Shown here: piece after piece, positions 1-10,566 of the stretch
Layout of the letters: the number at the start of each line of letters is the position of its first letter
Numbering within the stretch: position 1 is the first letter of the stretch
Source of the DNA: Clostridia bacterium
GTDB lineage: Bacteria; Bacillota; Clostridia; Oscillospirales; UBA644
Direction: 5' to 3'
DNA: 64,000 nt
NCBI GenBank assembly: GCA_017427285.1
Contig: JAFRTE010000020.1
Span: 30,849-94,848, forward strand
The notes under the pieces: model-generated
Told to the model about the DNA's origin: nothing
The model's database searches: none
What the model saw: only the letters and a program-made list of their open reading frames with translations
Program-made: the position numbers and the translations under genes

Positions 1-56
1 AATCAGCAAAAACGGGCAGATCCGTTGATATTGTAAGATAAGGAGTGTGCTTTGAG

Positions 57-917
57 ATGAAAGTTGGCGTAAGCTCTTACAGTTTCGGACAGTATATGGG
101 CAACACCCATGCGAATATTTTTCAGGTAATAGACAAGGCGAAGGAGCTCGGATTTTCTTCGATAGAATTTATCGACGTTTACGCTCCCGAGGGCAAGGAT
201 AAAATCGAGCAGGCAAAGGAAATACGCGCATATGCCGCAGATAAGGGACTTGAAATCTCCGCATACACTATCGGCGCGGACCTTTTGAACAACGATCCCG
301 AAGAGCAGTTTGAAGCGCTCAAAAAGCAGCTTGCCATAGCTCAGTCGCTCGGCGCTCCGCGTATGAGACACGATATTACCGGCGGTTTTCCCGCTTCTAA
401 AAAAACGGAACGCGGATTTGACGACTGCATAAAGATCGTTGCTCCCCGCGCGCGCAGAGTTACGGAATACGCGGAAAGTCTCGGCATAAAAACGATGTTT
501 GAAAATCACGGCTTTTTCTGCCAGGACAGCGACCGTGTCGAAAAGCTTCTCAACGCCGTAGCTTCCGATAATTTCGGGCTTCTTCTCGATATGGGCAACT
601 TCCTATGCGCAGACGACGACCCCGCAAAAGCGGTCGGCAAGCTTGCGCCGTATGCGCTCCATGTACACGTTAAGGACTTCTTTGTAAGAAACGGCAATCT
701 GCCGTCTCCCGGTATGGGATGGTTCGGCTCCCGCGCAGGCAACTATCTTCGCGGCACGATAGTCGGCCACGGCGACGTACCCGTAAAGCAGTGCATAAGA
801 ATACTTAAAAACAGCGGATATCAGGGCAATTTCTCGATCGAGTTTGAAGGCTGCGAAGAAAACATCTTTGCGCTCAAAGCCGGCCTTGCAAACCTCAATT
901 CGTATTTCCCCGACTGA
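57..917 (+). CDS. sugar phosphate isomerase/epimerase family protein (xylose isomerase-like TIM barrel)
   Basis: ORF 45..917. ATG at 57 lies 11 nt after AGGAG (41-45). The translation shows the TIM-barrel pattern of this family (GFSSIEF, MFENHG, HVHVKD, SIEFEG). Confidence 0.7.
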   Translation: MKVGVSSYSFGQYMGNTHANIFQVIDKAKELGFSSIEFIDVYAPEGKDKIEQAKEIRAYAADKGLEISAYTIGADLLNNDPEEQFEALKKQLAIAQSLGAPRMRHDITGGFPASKKTERGFDDCIKIVAPRARRVTEYAESLGIKTMFENHGFFCQDSDRVEKLLNAVASDNFGLLLDMGNFLCADDDPAKAVGKLAPYALHVHVKDFFVRNGNLPSPGMGWFGSRAGNYLRGTIVGHGDVPVKQCIRILKNSGYQGNFSIEFEGCEENIFALKAGLANLNSYFPD

Positions 918-932
918 AAAAAATATCAACAT

Positions 933-966
933 AAAAAACAGACCGAATTTTCGGTCTGTTTTTGTC
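933..966. terminator. bidirectional rho-independent terminator between convergent genes
   Basis: Perfect hairpin AAACAGACCGA-ATTT-TCGGTCTGTTT, flanked by an A-run on the left and a T-run on the right. Confidence 0.8.
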
Positions 967-977
967 TTTAAACGTTT

Positions 978-3368
978 TTATTGCGCAAATGCGATCTTTA
1001 TTACTTCGTCAACCGTTTCCACGGGTTTAAAGTCAATGTTTTCCTTTACAACGGCGTCAACTTCGTATAAATCGGGGAGATTGTCCTTCGGAATTATCAC
1101 CGTTTTCATTCCCGCCTTGTATGCAGCCATCGATTTCTCTTTAAGTCCTCCTATCGGGAGCACTCTGCCGCGCAAGGTTATTTCGCCCGTCATTGCAACG
1201 TCGTTTTTTACGGGTTTTTGCGAAAGCTCCGAAATAAGCGCGGTAGCCAGAGTAACTCCGGCGGAAGGTCCGTCTTTCGGTACGGCGCCTTCGGGAATGT
1301 GGATGTGGATATCTTTCGTTTTATAAAAGTCTTCCGCGATCCCGTATTCCGTCGCTTTTGAGCGTATAAAGCTTACCGCCGCATGCGCGCTTTCCTTCAT
1401 AACGTCGCCGAGAAGACCCGTAAGCTCGATTTTGCCCGAGCCCTCCATTGCGTTTACCTCAACGGGCATCGTTTCGCCGCCGACCGTTGTGTATGCAAGG
1501 CCGGTAACAACGCCTATCTGCGGCTGTTTTGCAGGCGCATCGGGCTTGAATTTTTTCGGTCCGAGGTATTTTTCAAGGTTTTTCTGCGTTACGGATATCT
1601 GCTCTCTGCTGTCGTCGGGCATTGAAAGCCATTCTTTGGCGGCTTTTCTGCAAACGGAGGCAATCTCTCTTTCGAGATTTCTTACGCCTGCCTCGCGTGT
1701 GTAAAAATCGATCATATCCCTGATCGCTTTATCCGTAATTTTAAGCATTTTCGGAGTAAAACCGTGCTTTTTGAGCGTTTTTGGGAGCAGATGGCGTTTT
1801 GCGATATGGAATTTCTCTTCCGCGGTGTATGACGAAAGCTCTATAATATCCATTCTGTCAAGCAGCGGAGCGGGGATAGTATCTGAAACGTTTGCCGTTG
1901 TGATGAAGAAAACGCTGCTTAAATCGAACGGCATATCTATGAAGTTGTCGCGGAAAGACTTGTTTTGTTCGGGATCGAGCACTTCAAGGAGCGCTGCGGA
2001 GGGGTCGCCTTTGTAGTCCGAGCCGAGCTTGTCTATTTCGTCGAGCAAAATAACGGGATTGCAGCTTTTCGCTTCCTTGATCGCGTTTATTATTCTGCCC
2101 GGCATTGAGCCGATATACGTTTTTCTGTGTCCGCGTATCTCCGCCTCGTCGTGGATGCCGCCGAGCGAAATGCGGGCAAAGTTTCTGTTAAGCGCTTTTG
2201 CAACGGACATTGCAATCGACGTTTTGCCCGTACCCGGAGGACCGACAAGACAGAGTATCTGCGCTCTTGTGCCTTCCTGACGGGGAAGCCCCGCTGTCAT
2301 CTGTCTTACGGCAAGCACTTCAAGTATTCTTTCTTTAACTTTCGTAAGTCCGTAATGGTCGTCGTTGAGTATTTTTTCCGCGCGGGAGACGGAAAGCGTA
2401 TCCTGCGTAAATTTGCCCCACGGCAGTTCGATGCACTCGTCAAGATACAGGCGGATAACGGCTGCCTCCTGAGAAGCGGAAGGCATTTTCATAAGCCGAG
2501 TTACTTCTTTTAAAAGCTTTTCCCTGTTTTCTTCGGGCAGCGTAAGAGCATCTATCTTATCGTAATACTCGTTGTCTTCGTCGTCGTATACGCCGCCTTC
2601 GCCGCCGCCCTGATCTCCCAGCTCCTCCTGAAGAGCGCGGATCTGCTCGCGGATAACGAAATCGTGCTGATTTTTATTGAGACGCATGCCGACTTTCGTA
2701 TCGATCTTCTTTTCGAGAAGTATCATTTCCGTTTCTCTTTTCATAACGGTAATGATATCGTAAAGTCTTTCAGCGGGGTCAAGCTGTTCCAGAAGACGCT
2801 GCTTATCATCAAAGCTTATTCGGATATTCTGAGCGATATAGTCCGCAAGCTCGCCAGCTTCGTTTTTCATCATAACGTTGGCGGGGACATCGGGAGATAT
2901 CCTTTCCATTACGGCAATCATATCGTCAAAAGTATCTCTCGTTTTTCTGATAAGCGCGTCAGCTTCGGTGCTGTCGTCGGCAAAAAGCTCTTTTTCGGGC
3001 AGGATAGCGATATCCGCGCCTTCATACCCGATATCTCTTACGCTTCCCGCCAGCTCGGCGCGGCAGATGACCTCAAAAGCGGCGCGTGTTGTGTCGCCGT
3101 GAAGCTTTAAAATCTGCTTTACCTTCGCTATCGTGCCGACGGTGCAGATATTCGCGTCGTTAACGTCCTGCGCGGTGAAATCTTTTTGAAGAGTAAGAAA
3201 TACGAAGCGGTTTGATTTCATTGCAAAATTCAGCCCGCTTGCGGTCTTTTTTCTTCCGATTTCAAGGTGAAGCATCGTTTTTGGAAACGCAACTATCCCT
3301 CTCATCGGTACGATGGGAAGGAACGCGGTTTCGCCGAACATTTCTTTCAGTTTATCGTAATTATCCAT
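978..3368 (-). CDS. lon: ATP-dependent Lon protease
   Basis: 796-aa ORF with Walker A GPPGTGKTS and Walker B ILLDEIDK. The C-terminal protease motifs are PKDGPSAG (Ser) and GGLKEK (Lys). Confidence 0.95.
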   Translation of the reverse strand: MDNYDKLKEMFGETAFLPIVPMRGIVAFPKTMLHLEIGRKKTASGLNFAMKSNRFVFLTLQKDFTAQDVNDANICTVGTIAKVKQILKLHGDTTRAAFEVICRAELAGSVRDIGYEGADIAILPEKELFADDSTEADALIRKTRDTFDDMIAVMERISPDVPANVMMKNEAGELADYIAQNIRISFDDKQRLLEQLDPAERLYDIITVMKRETEMILLEKKIDTKVGMRLNKNQHDFVIREQIRALQEELGDQGGGEGGVYDDEDNEYYDKIDALTLPEENREKLLKEVTRLMKMPSASQEAAVIRLYLDECIELPWGKFTQDTLSVSRAEKILNDDHYGLTKVKERILEVLAVRQMTAGLPRQEGTRAQILCLVGPPGTGKTSIAMSVAKALNRNFARISLGGIHDEAEIRGHRKTYIGSMPGRIINAIKEAKSCNPVILLDEIDKLGSDYKGDPSAALLEVLDPEQNKSFRDNFIDMPFDLSSVFFITTANVSDTIPAPLLDRMDIIELSSYTAEEKFHIAKRHLLPKTLKKHGFTPKMLKITDKAIRDMIDFYTREAGVRNLEREIASVCRKAAKEWLSMPDDSREQISVTQKNLEKYLGPKKFKPDAPAKQPQIGVVTGLAYTTVGGETMPVEVNAMEGSGKIELTGLLGDVMKESAHAAVSFIRSKATEYGIAEDFYKTKDIHIHIPEGAVPKDGPSAGVTLATALISELSQKPVKNDVAMTGEITLRGRVLPIGGLKEKSMAAYKAGMKTVIIPKDNLPDLYEVDAVVKENIDFKPVETVDEVIKIAFAQ

Positions 3369-3377
3369 TTTTTTCCT

Positions 3378-4718
3378 TTAAAAATCTGTTTTTCCGTATA
3401 TCTCGTCAAGATATTTTGCGCAGCTACCTTTGAGAGCGTCGAGAGCGGGGATAACGCTTTTATCGCCGATCGACAGCCTGTACATAAGAGCGCCTTCTGC
3501 GGAGCAGAAAAGATCGTGCACCGGGAATACTTCGCGAAGAAGCCAGAAAGCGTATGCAACGTAACGGAATTCGCCGTGTATTCGAGGCATTTCGCCGCCG
3601 ACGGTCTCAAAAGCAACGCTCTTATAATCTTTGATCGCCTGCTTTATGTCTTCAAGGGCGGTTGATTTTGCGAAAACTATCGTGCCGTACCAGTTCATAA
3701 GGTCGTTTCTGTCACATCCGTGAGAATCGGAAACGCCAACTATAGGTATACGATATCCCTGCGCGCGCAGCTCGGCGTATTTTGCAAGCTGCAGCTCGTT
3801 TGAATCGATCTCGTGTTTATGGTATCCGCCGATAAGCTCGTATGCGGTGTAGTCCTTCTTTTTGAGAATGTATTCGGTGAGTCTGTCGCTGATATAATAT
3901 CCGTTTCCGACGCGCCAGTAGGGGTGGCAGAAAATGCTTATGCCGCCGCCTTCGCGTATTTTTTCAAATACCCATTTACAGGAGGCGTACATATATATTT
4001 CGTTTACCGCGGTCGGGTCGGGATAATCGACTACGGTTTTCATTATTTCTCTTACTTCTGCGTAATATTTTTCCTTATCGCTTTCAATGAGCGCGTTGAC
4101 GGAAAACGAACCGCCGAAATTTACCATATGCACGGCGTTTTCAGGAGGATGGACCTCCTCGCCGTGATAAAGCGCCATATCGGTGCCGAAGCTGTCGTAA
4201 AACGCTTTCGCCCTTACGGACGGTTCGTAATTTCTGTGGTCCGTTACAGCCATATAGTCAAAACCGACTCTTCTGTATGACGAAACAACGTAAAGCGCGT
4301 CTTCCCTGCCGTCCGAGCCGTATGTATGAAGGTGCATATCGCCTCTGTACGGGCGCAGCGAAAAAAGATCGTCGTTTAAGGCGTAGATATTGAAGCATTC
4401 TATATCCGAATATCTTTCGCCGTCGGGCTTTCTGAGATATACGTTGTATTCCTGCTCGGGGCCGATATCCGCTGAAAATTTCAGCGCTCCGTCTTTATCG
4501 GGACGAACTGCGACAACTGTTTCCTTTCCCTGACCGTTTTGCATTACGGGACACAGGGTTAAGGAATATTCGCAGTTTTCGAATTTCAGCTTTTCGTAAA
4601 GAGGGATAATGCAAAAGTCCGCCTTAGCGTTTGCTCGGACCGCCTTCGGCAGTATTTTATAGTGAGTCTGCGATTTTTTTATGGGACTTTTTATTGCGTT
4701 GTATGCTTCTATCGTCAT
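3378..4718 (-). CDS. PHP-domain metal-dependent phosphoesterase family protein
   Basis: 446-aa ORF with a His/Asp ligand series typical of PHP domains: GDMHLHTYGSDG, AVTDHRNY, GEEVH, FCHPYW, GVSDSHG. An N-terminal region of about 120 aa has no motif I recognise. Confidence 0.6.
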   Translation of the reverse strand: MTIEAYNAIKSPIKKSQTHYKILPKAVRANAKADFCIIPLYEKLKFENCEYSLTLCPVMQNGQGKETVVAVRPDKDGALKFSADIGPEQEYNVYLRKPDGERYSDIECFNIYALNDDLFSLRPYRGDMHLHTYGSDGREDALYVVSSYRRVGFDYMAVTDHRNYEPSVRAKAFYDSFGTDMALYHGEEVHPPENAVHMVNFGGSFSVNALIESDKEKYYAEVREIMKTVVDYPDPTAVNEIYMYASCKWVFEKIREGGGISIFCHPYWRVGNGYYISDRLTEYILKKKDYTAYELIGGYHKHEIDSNELQLAKYAELRAQGYRIPIVGVSDSHGCDRNDLMNWYGTIVFAKSTALEDIKQAIKDYKSVAFETVGGEMPRIHGEFRYVAYAFWLLREVFPVHDLFCSAEGALMYRLSIGDKSVIPALDALKGSCAKYLDEIYGKTDF

Positions 4719-4733
4719 AATATCACCCCGTTT

Positions 4734-5978
4734 TTATTCGTGCGTTATTTCCGGCTCAGCCGTTCCGTTGATAAATTCTTTTGTGATAACGATCCTGCGT
4801 ATTGATTTGTCGGACGGGGCGTCAAACATGAGCTTTGTCATGAATTTTTCCACGATCGTCCTCAGTCCGCGCGCGCCCGTACCTCTCTTTACCGCCTCGT
4901 CGGCTATCTCTTCAAGAGCGCCGTCGGTAAATTCAAGGTCTACGCCGTCAATGGCAAGAAGCTTTTTATACTGTTTTACAAGCGAGTTTTTCGGCTCTTT
5001 GAGTATCCGCAAAAGCTGATCTCTGCTGAGATTGTCTACCGAAACTATTACCGGCAGACGTCCGACAAGCTCGGGGATAAGACCGTATTTTATAATGTCG
5101 TGAGATTCCGCCTGCTTTAAAAATACGCTCGGATCGGTCTCATTTTTCATTTTGACATCCGAAGTAAAGCCGATCGCCGAGCCCGCGGTCCTTTTTTTGA
5201 TAATGTTTTCAAGGCCTGCGAAAGCGCCGCCGCAGATAAACAGAATATTTGTGGTGTCTATTTTTATAAATTCCTGATTCGGATGCTTTCTTCCGCCCTG
5301 CGGAGGAACGTTTGCGACCGTTCCTTCGAGTATTTTAAGAAGCGCCTGCTGAACGCCTTCGCCCGAAACGTCTCTCGTTATGGACGGATTTTCTGAACGC
5401 CTTGATATCTTGTCTATCTCGTCAACGTATATAATGCCTCGCTGAGCCGCTTCGATATCGAAGTCCGCCGCCTGAATAAGCCGCAAAAGAATGTTTTCAA
5501 CGTCTTCGCCTACATAGCCCGCTTCGGTAAGCGTTGTGGCGTCGGCGATCGCAAAGGGAACGTTGAGCACTTTTGCGAGTATCTGCGCCATAAGCGTTTT
5601 GCCCGAACCGGTAGGCCCGAGCAGAAGAACGTTTGACTTTACTATCTCAACGTCGTCTTCTTTACTGTCGAATATTCTTTTGTAGTGGTTGTAAACGGCT
5701 ACCGAAAGCGTTATTTTCGCTTCTTCCTGCCCTATAACGTATTCGTCAAGCTTCTGTTTGATCTCTGCGGGTGTTTTTATATCCACCCGCATACTGTTTT
5801 TCTTTTCGTCCGTTTTCTGCTTTTTTATTGCATCAAGATACTCAACGCAGGTATCTATGCAGTCGCTGCAGATAAACACGTCGCTGTTTATGCCGGAAAG
5901 AAAGATTTTCTCCCCGTCAATGTTTGTCTGCCCGCAAAACGAACACTGCTTTATATCTGTCGGTGATTTTTTCGGCAT
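4734..5978 (-). CDS. clpX: ATP-dependent Clp protease ATP-binding subunit ClpX
   Basis: Zinc ribbon CSFCG...CSDC, Walker A GPTGSGKT, Walker [11 protein letters not shown] place the start at ATG 5978 ([16 protein letters not shown]), 1 nt after the clpP stop. The longer ORF to 6020 would overlap clpP by 41 nt. Confidence 0.93.
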   Translation of the reverse strand: MPKKSPTDIKQCSFCGQTNIDGEKIFLSGINSDVFICSDCIDTCVEYLDAIKKQKTDEKKNSMRVDIKTPAEIKQKLDEYVIGQEEAKITLSVAVYNHYKRIFDSKEDDVEIVKSNVLLLGPTGSGKTLMAQILAKVLNVPFAIADATTLTEAGYVGEDVENILLRLIQAADFDIEAAQRGIIYVDEIDKISRRSENPSITRDVSGEGVQQALLKILEGTVANVPPQGGRKHPNQEFIKIDTTNILFICGGAFAGLENIIKKRTAGSAIGFTSDVKMKNETDPSVFLKQAESHDIIKYGLIPELVGRLPVIVSVDNLSRDQLLRILKEPKNSLVKQYKKLLAIDGVDLEFTDGALEEIADEAVKRGTGARGLRTIVEKFMTKLMFDAPSDKSIRRIVITKEFINGTAEPEITHE

Positions 5979-5979
5979 A

Positions 5980-6561
5980 TTATCTCTTTGAGATGACCTT
6001 GTCAACAAGTCCGTATTCAAGAGCCTGCTGCGCAGTCATAAAATTATCTCTTTCGGTATCTTTTTCGATTATTTCAAGCGGTTTTCCCGTATTTTCGGAA
6101 AGAATACGGTTTAAATCGCTCTTTATTTTGATTATTCTGTCCGCATGGATCTTTATATCCGTTGCCTGGCCCTGAAATCCGCCGAGGGGCTGATGTATCA
6201 TTATTTCGCTGTTGGGCAGGGCAAATCTCTTGCCTTTTGCACCGGACGAAAGAAGGAATGCACCCATAGAGGCAGCCATACCGATGCAGATGGTAGAAAC
6301 GTCGCATTTTATATACTGCATGGTATCGTAAATTGCCATACCTGCGGTTATTGAGCCGCCGGGGCTGTTGATATAAAGACTGATATCCTTTTCGGGGTCT
6401 TCGTTTTCGAGGAAAAGAAGCTGCGCGACGACGAGATTTGCCGAAATATCGTTTACCTCTTCGCCGAGGAATATAATTCTGTCTTCAAGAAGACGCGAAA
6501 AAATATCGTATGTACGTTCACTGTGTCCGGTCTGTTTTACAACGTAGGGAACGAGACTCAT
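5980..6561 (-). CDS. clpP: ATP-dependent Clp protease proteolytic subunit ClpP
   Basis: MSLVPYV N-terminus, active-site Ser context [11 protein letters not shown], His context MIHQP. ATG 6561 sits 8 nt after AAGGAG. The GTG at 6570 in the ORF track overlaps that RBS. Confidence 0.95.
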   Translation of the reverse strand: MSLVPYVVKQTGHSERTYDIFSRLLEDRIIFLGEEVNDISANLVVAQLLFLENEDPEKDISLYINSPGGSITAGMAIYDTMQYIKCDVSTICIGMAASMGAFLLSSGAKGKRFALPNSEIMIHQPLGGFQGQATDIKIHADRIIKIKSDLNRILSENTGKPLEIIEKDTERDNFMTAQQALEYGLVDKVISKR

Positions 6562-6600
6562 AGTAATCACTCCTTTTATTATTTATGCGCGGTTTTGCGG

Positions 6601-7914
6601 TTATTCGGATTTTTCTTCCTTTTCTTCCGCTTTTTCGGTTATTTCGGCGTTTGCCTTAACAAGCTCGAATGCTTTCTGAATGGTAAGGTCTTTTGAGATA
6701 TTGAGCGTAGCGTAATCGCTTACGATATCCTTCATCTCTACCTTCATTTCGTCGGCAAACTTCTTATATTCGTCGTCTATTTCTTCCTGGCTTATAACTA
6801 TGCCTTCAAGCTCTGCGATCTTTTCGAGAGCGAGACGGATCTTAACGTCGCGGTCTGCATTTGCTCTGAAAGCTTTTCTCATCGATTCGGCTGTCTGGCC
6901 CGTGATCTGCATATACTGCTCCATGCTTATGCCCTGGGAAGCCATACGGGACGCGAACTGATTGAAGGCGGTGTCTGTTTCGCTTTCAAACATACATTCG
7001 GGAATGTCCGCTTCGCAAAGATCCGCTATCATTTCGTAAAGCTTGTTTGATACTTCGCTGTCCGCGGCTTTTTCCTTGCGTTCGGCAACTTTCTTTTCGA
7101 TATCGGCTTTAAGCTCGTCAAGAGTGTCAAAATCGCTGACATCCTTTGCAAGCTCGTCGTCTATTTCGGGAAGCTCTTCGCGCTTTATATCGTGAAGCTT
7201 ACATTTGAATTCGGCCGCTTTGCCTTTAAGGTCTTCGGCGTGGTAATCTTCGGGAAAAGTAACGTTAACGGAAAATTCGTCGCCGGCTTTTTTGCCGATC
7301 ATCTGATCTTCAAATCCGGGGATGAACTGACCGGAACCGAGGGTAAGATTGTATTTTTCCGCTTTGCCGCCTTCGAAGGGAACGCCGTCTACGAATCCTT
7401 CAAAATCGAAAACAACTCTGTCGCCGTCCTTTGTAACGTCGTCGTCTTCAACGTCTATTACTCTCGCCTGGCGTTTCTGATATGATTTCAGTTCGTTTTC
7501 GATATCTTCGGGCGTAACGTTGACCGAGGGCTTTTCGACCTTGAGTCCTTTATACTCTTTTACGGATACTTCGGGTTTAACGGTTACTTTTACTTTGAAT
7601 ACAAGGCCCTTCTCGTCGTCGAATACGGGCTCTGCGCTCGGTCTGTCAACGGGGTCTATTCCCGCTTCCTTTACGGCGTCTTCGTATGCTGCGGGGAAGA
7701 GAGCTTCGAAAGCGTCATCGTAAAATACTTCTTTGCCGTACATTTTTTCAATCATTTTGCGGGGTGCTTTTCCTTTGCGGAAACCGGGAATGGCGATTTT
7801 GCCGACATTTTTTCTGTAGGCGCCTTCGACCGCTTTTTCAAATTCGTCGGAAGGAACGGATATTTCCATTTCTACAACGTTTTTTTCTTCTTTTGTTACC
7901 TTTTCTAAGATCAT
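6601..7914 (-). CDS. tig: trigger factor
   Basis: Ribosome-binding signature GFRKGKAP and an FKBP-type PPIase segment GDRVVFDFEGFVDGVPFEGG. Position upstream of clpP-clpX fits. ATG 7914 is preceded by GGAG at 8 nt. Confidence 0.9.
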   Translation of the reverse strand: MILEKVTKEEKNVVEMEISVPSDEFEKAVEGAYRKNVGKIAIPGFRKGKAPRKMIEKMYGKEVFYDDAFEALFPAAYEDAVKEAGIDPVDRPSAEPVFDDEKGLVFKVKVTVKPEVSVKEYKGLKVEKPSVNVTPEDIENELKSYQKRQARVIDVEDDDVTKDGDRVVFDFEGFVDGVPFEGGKAEKYNLTLGSGQFIPGFEDQMIGKKAGDEFSVNVTFPEDYHAEDLKGKAAEFKCKLHDIKREELPEIDDELAKDVSDFDTLDELKADIEKKVAERKEKAADSEVSNKLYEMIADLCEADIPECMFESETDTAFNQFASRMASQGISMEQYMQITGQTAESMRKAFRANADRDVKIRLALEKIAELEGIVISQEEIDDEYKKFADEMKVEMKDIVSDYATLNISKDLTIQKAFELVKANAEITEKAEEKEEKSE

Positions 7915-7943
7915 TTTAAACACTCCTGTACAGTTATATCATA

Positions 7944-8627
7944 TTATTCAATATCTATTTTTAACGGTTTAAAACCGAGAAAATCAGCAGAAACAAGTCT
8001 GAAATCGGTGTTTGAAAAATCTCCGATAAACGCGCCCTTTATCGCTTTGCCGTGAAGATGTCCGTAAAAGCACCGTTTTATCCCGTATTCCGAAATAACG
8101 GAAAGGATCTCTTCGCATTTTGCCGCGGCGGTAATCGGCGGATAATGCAAAAAAACGATTTTTTCGTCGGTTTTCGCGCTTTTTACAGACTCTTTTAGTC
8201 GTCCGACTTCGCGAAGAAGTATTTTTTCGTCCTGCTCTTCGTCGGGATCGGTTATCCAGCCGCGTGTGCCGCAGAGCGAAACGCCGTCGATCTCATAGCT
8301 GTTGTTGTGAAGAAACGATATCGAAGGGAAAGCTGCCGCAAAAGCGGTCATTTTCTTCATCGTGGTCCACCAATAGTCGTGATTGCCTTTAAGGATTATT
8401 TTTTTGCCGGGGAGAGAATCGATAAAAGCGAAATCAGGCTCGAGTTCGTCAAAATTCATCGCCCACGAAATATCGCCCGCAATAACGGTAGTGTCGTCTT
8501 CGGCCGCCTGCCAGTTTTGCCTTATCTGACTGTCGTGACTTGCCCAGTTATCGCCGAAAATATCCATCGGCTTATTGATTTTTTCGGAAAGCGACAGATG
8601 CAGATCAGCAATAACGTATAAAGACAT
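7944..8627 (-). CDS. metallophosphoesterase family protein
   Basis: Ordered calcineurin-like motifs: ADLHLS, AGDISW, GNHDYW, LHYPP, GHLHG. Confidence 0.7.
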   Translation of the reverse strand: MSLYVIADLHLSLSEKINKPMDIFGDNWASHDSQIRQNWQAAEDDTTVIAGDISWAMNFDELEPDFAFIDSLPGKKIILKGNHDYWWTTMKKMTAFAAAFPSISFLHNNSYEIDGVSLCGTRGWITDPDEEQDEKILLREVGRLKESVKSAKTDEKIVFLHYPPITAAAKCEEILSVISEYGIKRCFYGHLHGKAIKGAFIGDFSNTDFRLVSADFLGFKPLKIDIE

Positions 8628-8630
8628 CTT

Positions 8631-9497
8631 CTATTCTCCGATACCGAAAAACCGCGCCGCGTTTGAATACATTATCTTTTCGGCAACGGTTTGCGAAAAC
8701 GCCGAAGCGAACATGGAATAAATATCCCCGTAGCTTCCCACGTCTTTGAAACCTTCGGGGACAGATACTATGCCGTCAAGGTCGCCGCCGATCGCGATGC
8801 AGTCCTCGCCGCCCAAAGCGAGCATTTTTTCTGCGTGTTTGAGCAGATCGGACAGACGGGGTTTTTCGCAGATTATATCGGGATAAAGATTGAGACCGCA
8901 AAGTCCGCCTCTGCGAAATATCTCGCGAAGCTGATCGTCTTCAAGATTCCTCGGTCTGTCAAAAACCGAGCGGCAGTTTGAATGTGTAGCGATAAACGGT
9001 TTTTTGCAGATCTTTACGAGGTCTTCGAATCCCGCGTCGGAAAGATGCGAGCAGTCGGGGGAAATATCGAGCTCTTCGCATATCTCGACCGCTTTTTTGC
9101 CCGTTTCGGTAAGGCCTTTTTTGTTGTCTTTCAGTCCGCCGCAGGCAAGCTCGTTCTCGCCGTTGTGGACAAGGCCGAAAACGCAAAGAGAATATCTGTC
9201 TTTAAGTTTTCTTATGTTTTCGGGGTCGCCGTTTATGCATCTTCCGCCTTCGGACGATACTATGGGGTAAAAATTGCCGACTTTTTTTGCAACGGGAAGG
9301 AAATAATCCATTACCGCGCAAAAATAGTCAAATCCGCTGCCCTGATATTCGTCGGGAGTAAAAACGGCGCAGAGCTGATACGCTTTTTCGAATTTTTTTA
9401 ATCCCTGTTCGTTGATATGCATCGAACAGTCTTCAAAACCGTTCTTTTTTGCATACATGACCGTTGCGGTATCGCAGTGAAGATCGATAAATCTCAT
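8631..9497 (-). CDS. membrane dipeptidase (peptidase M19 / renal dipeptidase family)
   Basis: N-terminal DLHCD metal-binding motif, followed by ATHSN and GGDLDG segments typical of M19 dipeptidases. Confidence 0.65.
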   Translation of the reverse strand: MRFIDLHCDTATVMYAKKNGFEDCSMHINEQGLKKFEKAYQLCAVFTPDEYQGSGFDYFCAVMDYFLPVAKKVGNFYPIVSSEGGRCINGDPENIRKLKDRYSLCVFGLVHNGENELACGGLKDNKKGLTETGKKAVEICEELDISPDCSHLSDAGFEDLVKICKKPFIATHSNCRSVFDRPRNLEDDQLREIFRRGGLCGLNLYPDIICEKPRLSDLLKHAEKMLALGGEDCIAIGGDLDGIVSVPEGFKDVGSYGDIYSMFASAFSQTVAEKIMYSNAARFFGIGE

Positions 9498-9506
9498 TTT
9501 GTCACC

Positions 9507-9953
9507 TTACTTATCCAAACCGTCCGTATCCGTCTCTTTCCGTTCGGAAGGGGCGAAACGGTCGTCGGTGCAGATAAAATAGTTTTCGTAATATTTAAAT
9601 TCAACGGGTTCTCTTTTTTCGTCAAAAGTAATTGAGACGGCGTCGAAGCGTTTTTCGAGCCGTGAAATATTCACGCCTCTTTCTTCGAGCTCTTTCAGAA
9701 AAGCGGCGGCGCCCCTTACGAGAGAAATCATTTTTTCGCGGTCGATATTCTTTTCGGGCGGCTCGTAATTCGATACGTTCGCCGATTTTACCTCGGTAAA
9801 AACGAGAGTTTCGTTTTTAAGAGCGACGATATCGAGCTCGTAAGGATGTTTTACCCAGTTTCTCGCAACGATTTTATATCCGTTTTTCTTCATCCAGTCG
9901 GCGGTCATCTCTTCAAAATAATCGCCTGTGAGACGTTTTTCGGTCTTTTTCAT
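9507..9953 (-). CDS. yraN: YraN family (UPF0102) putative endonuclease
   Basis: GYKIVARNW...YELDIVAL...LVFTEVKS matches the YraN PD-(D/E)xK pattern. ATG 9953 lies 2 nt after the rnhB stop. The rnhB-yraN neighbourhood is conserved. Confidence 0.75.
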   Translation of the reverse strand: MKKTEKRLTGDYFEEMTADWMKKNGYKIVARNWVKHPYELDIVALKNETLVFTEVKSANVSNYEPPEKNIDREKMISLVRGAAAFLKELEERGVNISRLEKRFDAVSITFDEKREPVEFKYYENYFICTDDRFAPSERKETDTDGLDK

Positions 9954-9955
9954 TT

Positions 9956-10549
9956 TCAGTGCATCTTTTTGAGAAACGTTTTTCTGTATATGTCGCAAAT
10001 TCCGTATTCGCGGATTTTTGCGTAGTGCTTTTCGGTAGGATATCCCTTGTGTTCGTCAAGCGCATACATCGGATATCGCTTTGCAAGCCCGTCCATAAAG
10101 CGGTCACGGGTAACTTTCGCTATTATAGACGCGGAAGCTACAGATAAGCTTTTCGAGTCGCCTTTTACGATACATTCAAACGGTATTCCGAGCCCTTCGC
10201 ACCTGTTGCCGTCAACGAGCGCAAATTCCGGTCTCGTTTCAAGACCTTCCACAGCGCGCTTCATTGCAAGAAACGTTGCTTTAAGTATATTCAGACGGTC
10301 TATCTCTTCGGGGGAGGCGAACGCCGCGCACCAGCTTACCGCCTGAGAGGTGATCAGGCCGTAAAGCTCTTCTCTTTTTTTGGGGGACAGTTTTTTTGAA
10401 TCGTCAACGCCTTTCAGTTCGGCGTTTTTCGGCAAGATAACGGCTGCGGCGCATACCGGGCCGCAAAGACAGCCCCTGCCGGCTTCGTCTATTCCGCAAA
10501 ATACGGAATAACGGTTGAAATATGCAAGGTCAAATGCGTTATCCGTCAT
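9956..10549 (-). CDS. rnhB: ribonuclease HII
   Basis: GIDEAGRG catalytic motif and DDSKKL motif. GGAGA RBS upstream. Confidence 0.9.
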   Translation of the reverse strand: MTDNAFDLAYFNRYSVFCGIDEAGRGCLCGPVCAAAVILPKNAELKGVDDSKKLSPKKREELYGLITSQAVSWCAAFASPEEIDRLNILKATFLAMKRAVEGLETRPEFALVDGNRCEGLGIPFECIVKGDSKSLSVASASIIAKVTRDRFMDGLAKRYPMYALDEHKGYPTEKHYAKIREYGICDIYRKTFLKKMH

Positions 10550-10566
10550 GTCTGTCTCCGTTTTTT

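Noticed and set aside
5979-6020. Longer N-terminal extension of ClpX. Similar upstream extensions appear in the track for lepB, yraN, the AraM-like gene, the RimJ-like GNAT and the second ABC gene.
   Set aside because: The extensions overlap upstream genes or terminators and lack RBSs. Internal ATGs with good RBSs, or with stop-start coupling, give N-termini that match the family norms.
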